From Antedon mediterranea (lineage: Eukaryota; Animalia; Echinodermata), in assembly GCF_964355755.1 (NCBI RefSeq), contig NC_092676.1, forward strand, positions 30,003,499 through 30,067,498: DNA of 64,000 nucleotides, given 5' to 3'. Under the pieces are notes generated by a model. The model worked only from the letters and a program-made list of their open reading frames with translations. It did not search any database and had not been told where the DNA came from. The position numbers and the translations under genes are program-made. Below are positions 50,401-62,400 of the stretch, piece after piece (position 1 is the stretch's first letter; each line of letters opens with the position of its first letter).

Positions 50401-53400
50401 TCAAACAGTACTATGAATAACAACGGTACAGCATTTAACCATTCATCCTCCTTTCCCTGGAATTGCACAGTTCATCGAACAGAGGCAGACTTATGTCACG
50501 AGTTCTCCACCAGTTTCTGTGAAAATGCACTATTTACTGAGTGCAGTTATTCTGGGGTTCCTCATCATCACAACGAAAGTGAGAGTATGAATGTTACAAA
50601 ACTTCATCTTGACGATTATATCGGCAACTGGAGTTGTGCTTGTTTAAAAGAAACTGAAGAAGGTAATCTAATTTTGTTTCATTTAGATTTAAACCCAGGG
50701 GCACAGAGCATGAGCAATATAATGTAACTACCCAGTAAGGCCTCTTAGGAGTGCTAAACCAGGGGCCTTAATTGCCCCATGTTTTAAGCCACTGTTATTA
50801 GTAATCTGATATTGATGATGATTCATGGTATATTAATTCACTCAACAATTAAAATCATACACGACTGACAATCATTATGTAATAATTATTTCCAATCAAT
50901 TCTTAATCTTGAAGTAGTCATGTCTCGGGACTATTCTATAGCCACCACGGATAGACTTTCTTCATCACATGCTTCTATGAATGGATGACTTTTGGGTGCA
51001 GGAACTCTAGTCAATCAAACTCAGTACCATTTTGATTTCATGATCATTAAAAAAATTTCCTCATCTAATTATTTCTAATAAATTCTTAATCTAGAGATTC
51101 AAGATGTAAAAGATCCATTTGAAGGTTTAAATTTAACAGCCATATTGGAAGGACACTACAACGCATCCAAGAAGCCATATCAGGTTTGCTCCTCATTACT
51201 TGCCAACAAATCGTTGCTAGCAAAACCCATCAAGCCTTCTGATGAACAACCTTACCAGAATCTATCGTCATCAGATCATCAGAATCTAACAGAAGATGAA
51301 GGATTTTATCCGATTCCAGATTTCTGCTTTGAAGAAACTATTATTGAGCTAGGAATGGCAAAGGTTGTTAATACTTCAATTGTAACAACAAGAGAGGGAG
51401 TTATTTGCACTTTTACAGGTGGAAATAATCACAATCCTCACCAACCAGGTGAGAATAAGTCTGTTAACTTAATTCAAACCACTTTATATTAAGTTCTGTG
51501 GAATACTAAATGCATACCTTAAATGTGTTTCTATGTAATACCCATAACTAAGCACCTGAATGTCTAGGTACTCCTCATGAAACCGCCTGTAGTGCATTAT
51601 AACGTTCAAGTTATATTACAACCTTTGACTATTTCTACCTAAAATTTTTATAGCTGCTTTTTCTTGAATTTTTCGTTAAAATATAAATCTTTTATATTTG
51701 TAGGTGTTAAATATAAGGCTATGAACCTACCAGGCTTTGGGTTAGGAGGCGATTCGGTATCAGTATATGTTACCATGGTGATATCTGACGAGGTAGAGAA
51801 TGTCCGAGATGAGACTCTGTTTATCAATGCTTCATCTACTTTCATGTACTTGAACATACCAATACCGCCACCATTGAGGTACGAAGAAAACTGCACATGC
51901 TCAAAGCCGCTTACACACTATTTTGACGTTGACTACCCACTTGACTGTGGATGTGAGTCGATGTATCTCGTAGGTCATAAACGCGACCTTTGTAACTGTA
52001 CAACAACATTTCACGAAATCGAAGAGTCATATTTTAGTGCGCCCTCATGTGATTGCGTTAATTTCTGCGAGAATAATGTACAATACTTCTTCAATCAACC
52101 AATGGTTAAGAACCTGGCAGACTTTGATAATGCAACATGTGATTGTGGATCGTATAAGGACTTTTCAAATTCACAGAATAACTTTGATTATTTATCAGAA
52201 TGTCGAGAGATGTATTTTAGAAATTACACTTGTCAAAATGTCAATCATACTGTTAAGAAAACTGTGGAGGAATGTCGGAATATTACAAGCAAGAACTGCT
52301 TAGAGGTCAATGAACTACAAGATATAAATGTTGCCTGGTTGTGTCAATGCTCATCTGACGGTCTAAACTGTTCCTGTGAATTTGACAGTTTTCCGTTGTC
52401 ACCAAACTTTGCAAATTACTCCATTGTTGAATGCCAGAATATGCCATGGGTTAAAACCAATGACGGTTATAACGGTGACATTTCATTGTGTGATTGTCAC
52501 ATTACAAATGGGTCTCCTGCAAAATCTTGTCACTGTTCTGGAGTTTGTTCAATACATATTACAAATTCATGTACTGCATACAATCACACATTTTGTGAAG
52601 ATGTCACACATTTAAGAGAATATCTCGTTAATGATGGACTCTGTATTTGTGAAAAATTCTATGGGTCAAATCATACCATTCAAGACGCTTTAAGATTATA
52701 TAAATACCATAATAATACCAAAATAATTTTGAAAAATCAAACCATGAACGGCATTGAAGATAGTCAGTTTAAAAATGGAACGTTTTTAAATGTCACAATG
52801 TCAAATTCCACAGCTACTAATGCCAATGAAACCACTCAAGTTTTGTATAAAGATCAATTGAGCTTGGATGACTTTGTCTTGTACTGTAATTGTTCAGATG
52901 TAGATATAATCATTCCAGATATCAAACCAGTACAATGTAAAGAGATCGCACCAAAAGAAGTCTTTGTCTGCCAGTGCTTCGTGCCGGCAGATAACGAAAC
53001 TCAACTAATTTTAGACAATTGGGATTATAACTTGACAATTGTTGACGAAGCTGTAACTTACCTTGGCGACGAGTTTGTTGTTATTGAACCCGAGTTAGAG
53101 ATATCATTTGTACGTATTGAACCGAATCCGGTTGATATCGTTGATAGTTTAGACTTTGTGAAGTTTGGATATAAGATCCAGCACACTGATTCATCCAATT
53201 CACCAGCGTACAACTTGACCCTATTCCTTGATGCTGTTAACTTTACCATTACAAACGGCAGCGGTAAAGTCTTACCGACTGATATTTTATCCAGCCGTTC
53301 CTGCTCCGATGAAACTCTTTGCGAAATCTCTTACGATAATGAGGTCGGACATTTCCATTTAGGATTTCTTCCAGTAGATGTAGACGGTGCTTCCTTTGAA

Positions 53401-56400
53401 GGCACGTTCTCTTTAGCTCTCCGAGATGATGTTGATTTCGTTGCCAACAGTATCATCAGCGGAACAGGAATCCTATGGTATGATAGCTGTGTTGTAGACT
53501 TTCCTGGTCGTCTGTATGGTCCAATCAATTCCTCAGACATCTGCCATATCTATGCACCAAACATCACTGCCAAACTAGAATTCACCACTGCGTATGCATA
53601 TATGTATCAAAATGAAGAGTATGGCATACCAAACACTTTCTCCATTGGTGACTATGTTGACATTCGTGCACATCTGTGGGTTCCTGAAATCACGTTAAAT
53701 GTTGCTAATTACAGCATCAGTGGAGATAACATGTTCTCTTTCACACCAGTGATGGCGGTGATGTTGTTGACGGACAGGATCTACGTAAGAAATGACACTG
53801 CCACATTCTTTCTAGATCAGCGTCACAATCCGCATGATAATGAATTCCACATTCTCTATCCTGATGAACAGTATGACACAGCGGAATTCACAGACAAGGG
53901 AATTGCGTTTATACCAGGTAAACAGATTATGAGTTTAATTTTAGAGTATATTAAGCTCTTTCTGCACACTATCAAACTATTTTGACAAAGAAAAGTGTGA
54001 TGTGCCCAAATAATATGCCCTAATAATATGGTAGTGGTGTGACATCAGACTTTGTTTCCTTGTACTAGTCCCATATCCCTTTATAACGTTACACCATATA
54101 ACTCTTTTAAACATTTATGACTGTTTTTGTTTTAGGTGTTCTAGTAAACCAAGCAGATAATATAGCATCACCTGAAGATTATCTCCTGTTAAAGTTCATA
54201 TTTACTTTAAAAGATGACCCACTCTGGAAACAAGATGACATCATACCCTTCACAGTATCTGTTGTATACTACAGTGATTATGACGGACAACTTTTGACAT
54301 TGATTGACAAGAATGTTGAATTAAAGGTCGTTGAACCCAGACTGACACTTAGAGTTGAGGTAAAGTCTAATGTGCAGTTAAAAATGCTACTGAAGTTCAT
54401 TATATACTGTGCCATCATCAAAAACATTCACCTACCTTTTTTGTGTTTTAAAATTTAAAAAAAAAAAAAAATACAGTGGCTTAAAAGCTATAAGCAATCA
54501 CTATGGCTAAACCCAGAAACCCTAAAGGTTAAGTGCTCCCAGAGTATGAGCAGCCCAATGTAACTACCCAGCGTTTGGGGTCTTCTCCATGGCTGTTCTT
54601 AATCTTTACTATTTGACTTTCAGATTCTTGATTATAAGTGGCAGGTTGAACAAGTACAGAACACAACAGGTTACACTTGTGTAGAGAACACTTGTTGTGA
54701 AGATGGTGAGCCTTGTGATACAGGCCGTGTGTGTGTTACAGACTCTTCTGATATGGACAATTGTGAGACTCACAGGTACTCCTGCACCACATACTCCTAA
54801 TACAATAATTTGTCTAAAGCTCTCTCTACACTATCAAACTTTATGTGACAAAAAATATATGGACACATTTGATGTCATATCACTACCATATTTGTGCACA
54901 TCACACTTTTTTTATCAAACTAGTTAGATAGTGTACATAGAGTTAAAATGTATTCTGCAAATATGTCTTGTTTAACCCTTTTGCATAAAAATGTATATCT
55001 GCTGTTTAAAAAAATATCAACACTATTCCATTCCAGGTGTTTATGCTATTCTGGATTTGCATTGAATGCTGAATCCACCTGTACTGCTGTGGGACGTACT
55101 GCTGGTGATATACTCGTGTTTGGACTGACTGTATTTCACAGCCAAGAATATACTGGTTAGTAGGCCTAAATAGTGAATTGAATAGATTGCAAACGAATTC
55201 AGTTGATTTTAAATAAATATTTTCATTTCAGGTAATGCATTTGATCTTTACATAACGTTATACAGTGACCTCAAGTCTGACCTTCTACCAGATACTGACA
55301 CAATGGGTCACATCCCTACAGATGGTTACCTTGGTAATGTAAGGAAACCACGATTAACACAAATAAGTGACCACGAATTTCAACTTTATGTTCATCGTTT
55401 TGATCATGTAGTGAGCTGCGAACGTTTTACAGTGCCATTCAGGATTAAGCCTTCTTTACATGTGTTTGCAGGGCAAACTTGGGAAGTGGAGGTAAGATTT
55501 TTGGCACCAGTCTACCTATCTAAGCTTGTGCTTATTTACCAGCCTACTAGATCTCTTAGATCAGGTGGCTAATGTCTGCTAGTAGACTAGTACATCTACT
55601 ATGGTGGACAAGCTTTTGGTAGCAGCTCCAATGTGGAATTCCTTACCAATTTAAATCAGACAGTGTGCTACTTTAAACTTTTAGACCCAGTTGAAGTCTT
55701 TCTTTTTCAAGTTATTGCCATCTATTTTAATTTATGTACAGCGCATTGAGAGCTTGCTATATGCGCTACAATATATAAGAATGAACTATTATTTATAATA
55801 AGTTGTCTAGATTGTGAGGACCAACATTTACATGTAATGAAATATTCTTTTTTTTGTAGGCAACAATGAATTACCGTTCTTCTAAGCCGTATGACACGCC
55901 ATTCAACATTAAATCACGACTGTATGACATGAAAGACATGAATGATACAATCCGATTCCCATTATTCGCTCCAGCCCCAAGTGTTCGCTTCAAAATGTTA
56001 CCATCAAGTGGTCAATCTAGCCCAATAAATTTTGAAGTTTTCTCTTCTTCTATGGCTCAAAATGAAGTCATGGTGAATGTACGAGAAGAAGATAAAATTG
56101 TGTTTCAGGCCGAAGTTGTTATACCAAAGATTAAGTGCAGTATGACTTTTAAATTAAATCTACCAGAAGGTAAAAGATTACTTGATTACTTCTTAAGTCT
56201 GGAACCATAATCCATATTTAAGACTACATTGATACATTAAGTATAATAAAGAAAATCAAATCAGTTCATTGAGTTCTTCATTTTTATCCATTTCTTAGGG
56301 AGTGGCATTACACTGGAAAATGTTACCATGGTTTCCATGGGTACTGCAATAGATTTTCCGGAAACTAATTTTGGTGAACCACAAGTGACAGAAAGCATTG

Positions 56401-59400
56401 ATGGACAAAAGTTCTTTTTTGCCTATTTTCCTGATATACACAGTAAAGCAAACACATTGAATACTCCACGGGTAATGTTATTTTAATTTTTTTTTAAATA
56501 TTTCTTTTCAAAATTTTCATTTTCAAAATATATATGTACTGTATATTCGGCAATAAGTGTTGACAAATTTTACCCTTTTCTGTACTATATGCTGTAGTTT
56601 TTTTCCGAAAAATATGTTAAAAGTTGTTAATTTATATACTGATATCAAATATTACAAAACAAAAATTTGTGTTTTTAAGTCTTTAGATTCCACCAAGCAG
56701 CAAATGTTCAAGTCAATGAACGGAGAACAGCAGCCGTACCCAACAAACCCAGAATGCAATGCTCTCAATTCCAGTTTATACGAGCAGACAATTCTTCTAG
56801 GGTGTTACCATAATAAAATGTCTTACTTTGGCGGTTTTATAACAGACATGCACCCATCTTTACCTTTCTACAATCTATCTCAAGTGATGACAAGGCAGTT
56901 GTGTTTGGATCATTGCAGGTAATGATTCTCATAGACTATATTTCCAACTTCTTCATTGTCATACTATCAACAATTGATTATTGATTGACAGAACTATGAG
57001 GCCCACTAGCTAGCCTACTGTAAAGTAGTGGCTGCGTGTGTGACAGTGGCTGAACTAGTACACCGGGGTAACCTCCTACTCGTCTTGAAAAATGTACTGG
57101 GTTCTTTAAAGTGCACATGAGTTAGATGTGTACACTGGACCTATGGTTTATAGTTCCTTATCCGAGAAGACTCTACTCTACCACCAGAACCATGGAGCGA
57201 GTGAGCCTCGAATGTGTTTTAATCTCTCTGCCAGGTCACTCGCTCAACATACATACATGCTATCAAGAATCTACCAATAAAACTCCTTTTTCAATCAATA
57301 AAATCAATCAATCAATGTCTTGATGAACTTTCAAATCAGTAATAGTGTGTATTTATACTTCCTAGTGATAGAAGATATGATTATGCAGGCCTGCTGAAGG
57401 GTGCTATCTGTTTGTGTGGGACTGAAGAGCAATTCATGCAATACTATCAAAATAGAACATTTGAATTGAATGGCACTTTACATCATGCAACCCTTGATCA
57501 TTGTAGTACACTCTGTACAGGTACATAAAGCTCTGTCTACACTACAACCCTTGATCATTGTAGTACACTCTGTACAGGTACATAAAGCTCTGTCTACACT
57601 ACAACCCTTGATCATTGTAGTACACTCTGTACAGGTACATACAGCTCTGTCTACACTACAAACTAGTTTGATGCAACCCTTGATCATTGTAGTACACTCT
57701 GTACAGGTACATAAATCTCTGTCTACACTACAACCCTTGATCATTGTAGTACACTCTGTACAGGTACATAAAGCTCTGTCTACACTACAACCCTTGATCA
57801 TTGTAGTACACTCTGTACAGGTACATACAGCTCTGTCTACACTACAAACTAGTTTGATGCAACCCTTGATCATTGTAGTACACTCTGTACAGGTACATAA
57901 AGCTCTGTCTACACTACAAACTAGTTTGATGCAACCCTTGATCATTGTAGTACACTCTGTACAGGTACATAAAGCTCTGTCTACACTACAAACTAGTTTG
58001 ATGCAACCCTTGATCATTGTAGTACACTCTGTACAGGTACATAAAGCTCTGTCTACACTACAACCCTTGATCATTGTAGTACACTCTGTACAGGTACATA
58101 AAGCTCTGTCTACACTACAACCCTTGATCATTGTAGTACACTCTGTACAGGTACATACAGCTCTGTCTACACTACAAACTAGTTTGATGCAACCCTTGAT
58201 CATTGTAGTACACTCTGTACAGGTACATAAAGCTCTGTCTACACTACAAACTAGTTTGATGCAACCCTTGATCATTGTAGTACACTCTGTACAGGTACAT
58301 AAAGCTCTGCCTACACTACAAACTAGTTTGATGCAACCCTTGATCATTGTAGTACACTCTGTACAGGTACATAAAGCTCTGTCTACACTACAAACTAGTT
58401 TGATGCAACCCTTGATCATTGTAGTACACTCTGTACAGGTACATAAAGCTCTGTCTACACTACAAACTAGTTTGATGTGTCTACTGTATATATGAGCACA
58501 TTGCATTTTTGTGTCATAAAAAGTTTAGTGTAGACAGAGCTTTAGACCAGGGAGTTGTAAAATTATTTTACAACTCCCTGTTTAGAAATACTTAGTTTTA
58601 TATGTTAATTTGACCAGGGAGTTGTAAAATTTTACCACTCCCTGATTTGACATCCTAGATTTTTTTCATGTTATATATTTCAAAGTAAAAGTTTCTCTCT
58701 TTATTATTATTTTTTTTAAATTTCTTTTTTATAGTTCTATTATCAATTTATAATATTTTAGAGGACATAAATATTGATTGTTTTATTGAATTTCGTTCTT
58801 TTTTTAAAATGTATGTATCACTATGATACATTCTGTTTGGATTATCTTTTTACGTAACCAATTACATTGTGAATGTGTGTGTCTTTTAGGTGAAAATGCC
58901 TCTTGTGGGTCGATGGAATTTGCTTTACTGTATGGTCCAATACCTGGATCTGTTCCTAAACAACAATGTGACTGGTATTCAGGATTGTATGATGAAACTG
59001 AGGTATAGCAATTGTCTAATCTGTAAATTTGATTATATCATTATAACATAATATAACATTGATAACAGCACAGGTATTTAATTATATTAATATTCGATAA
59101 ATTTAATTTTTAGGATGTGTTTGTGGTAGAATTCAGTTTATCAATTCATTCATTGGCTACTAAGGGTATAGAGGAATACCTACACTTACAAGTAACATAC
59201 GATCATGGAGAAAACAAAACAAGCACACTTCTACCGTTAGCCCCCTATAAAATAGAGGTATGCACATTTATACTTTCACTGAGGACGATCGAAGCATATT
59301 GATAGAATTTAACTTTTCAGAACTGCATACGTGGTGTACTGCATACGTGGTGTACTGCATACGTGGTGTACTGCATACGTGGTGTACTGCATACGTGGTG

Positions 59401-62400
59401 TACTGCATACGTGGTGTACTGCATACGTGGTGTACTGCAAACGTGGTGTACTACATACGTGGTGTACTGCATACGTGGTGTACTGCATACGTGGTGTACT
59501 GCAAACGTGATATTACATTTATATATATCTTGGTATCTTTATTTATATACACATAATAAAATGCATTTTTTGCATTTTTTACAATAAAATTACAACAATA
59601 TTAAAATGACATAAAAAACTTAAAATTTATGTATTTATACTGTCTTTGATAGTGAAATTGTTTATGTTGATAGATCTGATTAGACTTGAACTTGAACTAC
59701 ATTCATAATAAAATGTCTTTATTTGTAGACTGGAATAGTTAAACTTTTGATGAATGTTTATGTATCTCCAAAAATGAGTGGCTATGTTCCAGGGTATGTT
59801 ATTTTACATTATTAATACAAACATTTATAATGTGTTCTGCCTTCAATATACTGGAGGTATACAACAACATTAAAAAACACTTCTATTTTAAAGTACTATT
59901 TATTTTATAAAACAAAAACAAAAATTCCATTTTTTATTTTATTTTGAGACAAGTTTTTTACTTCGTAACCAATGATGGCATTCCTTTCTCTTATTTAGCT
60001 TTTCTTGTTTTTGTATTGTATTACTGTTTCTTATTGTTTATTATTCTTGTATTATTTGTCTTACCATTATAGAATATAATATATATATATAGTTTAAAAT
60101 TTTACCAAATAATATATTTTAATTTTTTCAGCGATTATTTAGAATATTATACAGAGGTTCGTCATGCTGCTCATTCAACCGTGACTGCGAGGGATGTTTA
60201 CATTTTGTGGATGTTGCCTAGTTACATAGAGTATGTAAATGTAACCAATCACCCATCACTACCATTTACATATAGACACATTGAAGATGTTGAGAATGTT
60301 GAAACTGACCCTAGAGTTGGAATCAAGTTTTATGTAAGTGTAATAAAATTGAAAATAGAGCATGAATACAAATTTATGTGTTACAAGAATGTATTTTGTA
60401 CTGTATATATTTGTACTGTCTTTCTTTTCTATTGGACAAAGTTGCAGTAACTATAATATACTATGCCTTAATAATACTACACTTATCTACTTTTGTTACT
60501 GAGAAGTTAGTTATCTTAAAAATGTTTCAATTAACTGTACCTTATTTTAATAAACTGCACAATTTGTCAATAAACTGTACAATTTTTCAATTAACTGTAC
60601 AATTTTTCAATTAACTGTACAATTTTTCAATTAACTGTACAATGTTTCAATTAACTTACCTTCTTTTAATAAACTGCACAATTTGTCAATAAACTGTACA
60701 ATTTTATAATTCACACTACAATTTTTCAATTAACTGTACAATTTTTCAATTAACTGTACAATTTTTCAATTAACTGTACAATTTTGAAATTTTTTGAAAA
60801 TTTAAAAATGTTTAAGTAACTGTACACTTTTTCAATTAACTGTACAATGTTTCAATTTTAACTGTGTTGTATATTCCTCTTCAGTTAAAATTAATCTAAT
60901 TTGTTTTTGTGACAGGTGAAAACCTTATTCCATGATGACGTGATAGGCTTTCACTTTATGGTGAGACTGGACCCACTTCACACCCTTCCACAGGGAGAGT
61001 ACCATTTGATGTCAATGACACAGGTGTATTATGACTCTTGGGGGATACACAACCATTTTGAGGAAGACTACACGTTTGATGTTGTACCCCATGCTCATCC
61101 TGTTGTACCTATTAAAATTACATTTGAAGGTAAATTCATTCCATGTCTTTAAGTTGAAAGGGAGCTTGTTTAGATAAGTTAACATTTGCTGTTGGAACAA
61201 TCAATAATGTGTTATTTTGGTTCTATTATAGTTCCATCTAAGTATTCAGGACGTGAACAATTGGATGGTGAGAAAGATTTTTTTATAAATTTCTTGTTTG
61301 TTATAGGATATTACATATATACAGTTTTCTTGTTGAATATATTTTTTTTTTTTTTTTTACAGATATTAAATTATCAACCTATAATGTTCTGTATGATGAG
61401 ATTAACAACATTGTGTATGCTTGTTTCTTCAACAATACCATTAATGTGTAAGTTGATCTATATTAATTGAAATGTAATCTAATTCAGAAATTTAATGTGC
61501 TATACTACTTTGCTTTAATACAATAATACAGTTATACTTATGCTATAGTATAATAATACAGTTATGCTATAGTATAATAATACAGCTATGCTATAGTATA
61601 ATAATACAGTTATGCTATAGTATAATAATACAGTTAAGCTATAGTATAATAATACAGTTATGCTATAGTATAATAATACAGTTATGCTATAGTATAATAA
61701 TAAAGCTATGCTATAGTATAATAATACAGTTATGCTATAGTATAATAATACAGCTATGCTATAGTATAATAATACAGTTATGCTATAGTATAATAATACA
61801 GCTATGCTATAGTATAATAATACAGTTATGCTATAGTATAATAATACAGCTATGCTATAGTATAATAATACAGTTATGCTATAGTATAATAATACAGTTA
61901 AGCTATAGTATAATAATACAGCTATGCTATAGTATAATAATACAGTTATGCTATAGTATAATAATACAGCTATGCTATAGTATAATAATACAGCTATGCT
62001 ATAGTATAATAATACAGCTATGCTATAGTATAATAATACAGTTATGCTATAGTATAATAATACAGTTATGCTATAGTATAATAATACAGTTATGCTATAG
62101 TATAATAATACAGTTATGCTATAGTATAATAATACAGTTATGCTATAGTATAATAATACAGTTATGCTATAGTATAATAATACAGCTATGCTATAGTATA
62201 ATAATACAGCTATGCTATAGTATAATAATACAGCTATGCTATAGTATAATAATACAGTTATGCTATAGTATAATAATACAGCTATGCTATAGTATAATAA
62301 TACAGTTATGCTATATTACTGCTAAAGCTATGCTAAAAAACTTATAGTTTTTTTTTTCAGTTATAAAGGTGGTTGTTTCATGACTGGAGATCTTCCATCC

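Noticed and set aside
57470-58506. 341/342-aa ORFs on both strands
   Set aside because: Translation of the 52/66-bp tandem array; the periodic peptide mirrors the repeat. In the true exon frame each unit hits TAA shortly after the donor.
23986-62330. Possibility that the regular direct-repeat arrays are CRISPR arrays
   Set aside because: Eukaryotic intron-bearing context, and repeats are contiguous without unique spacers. They are minisatellites.
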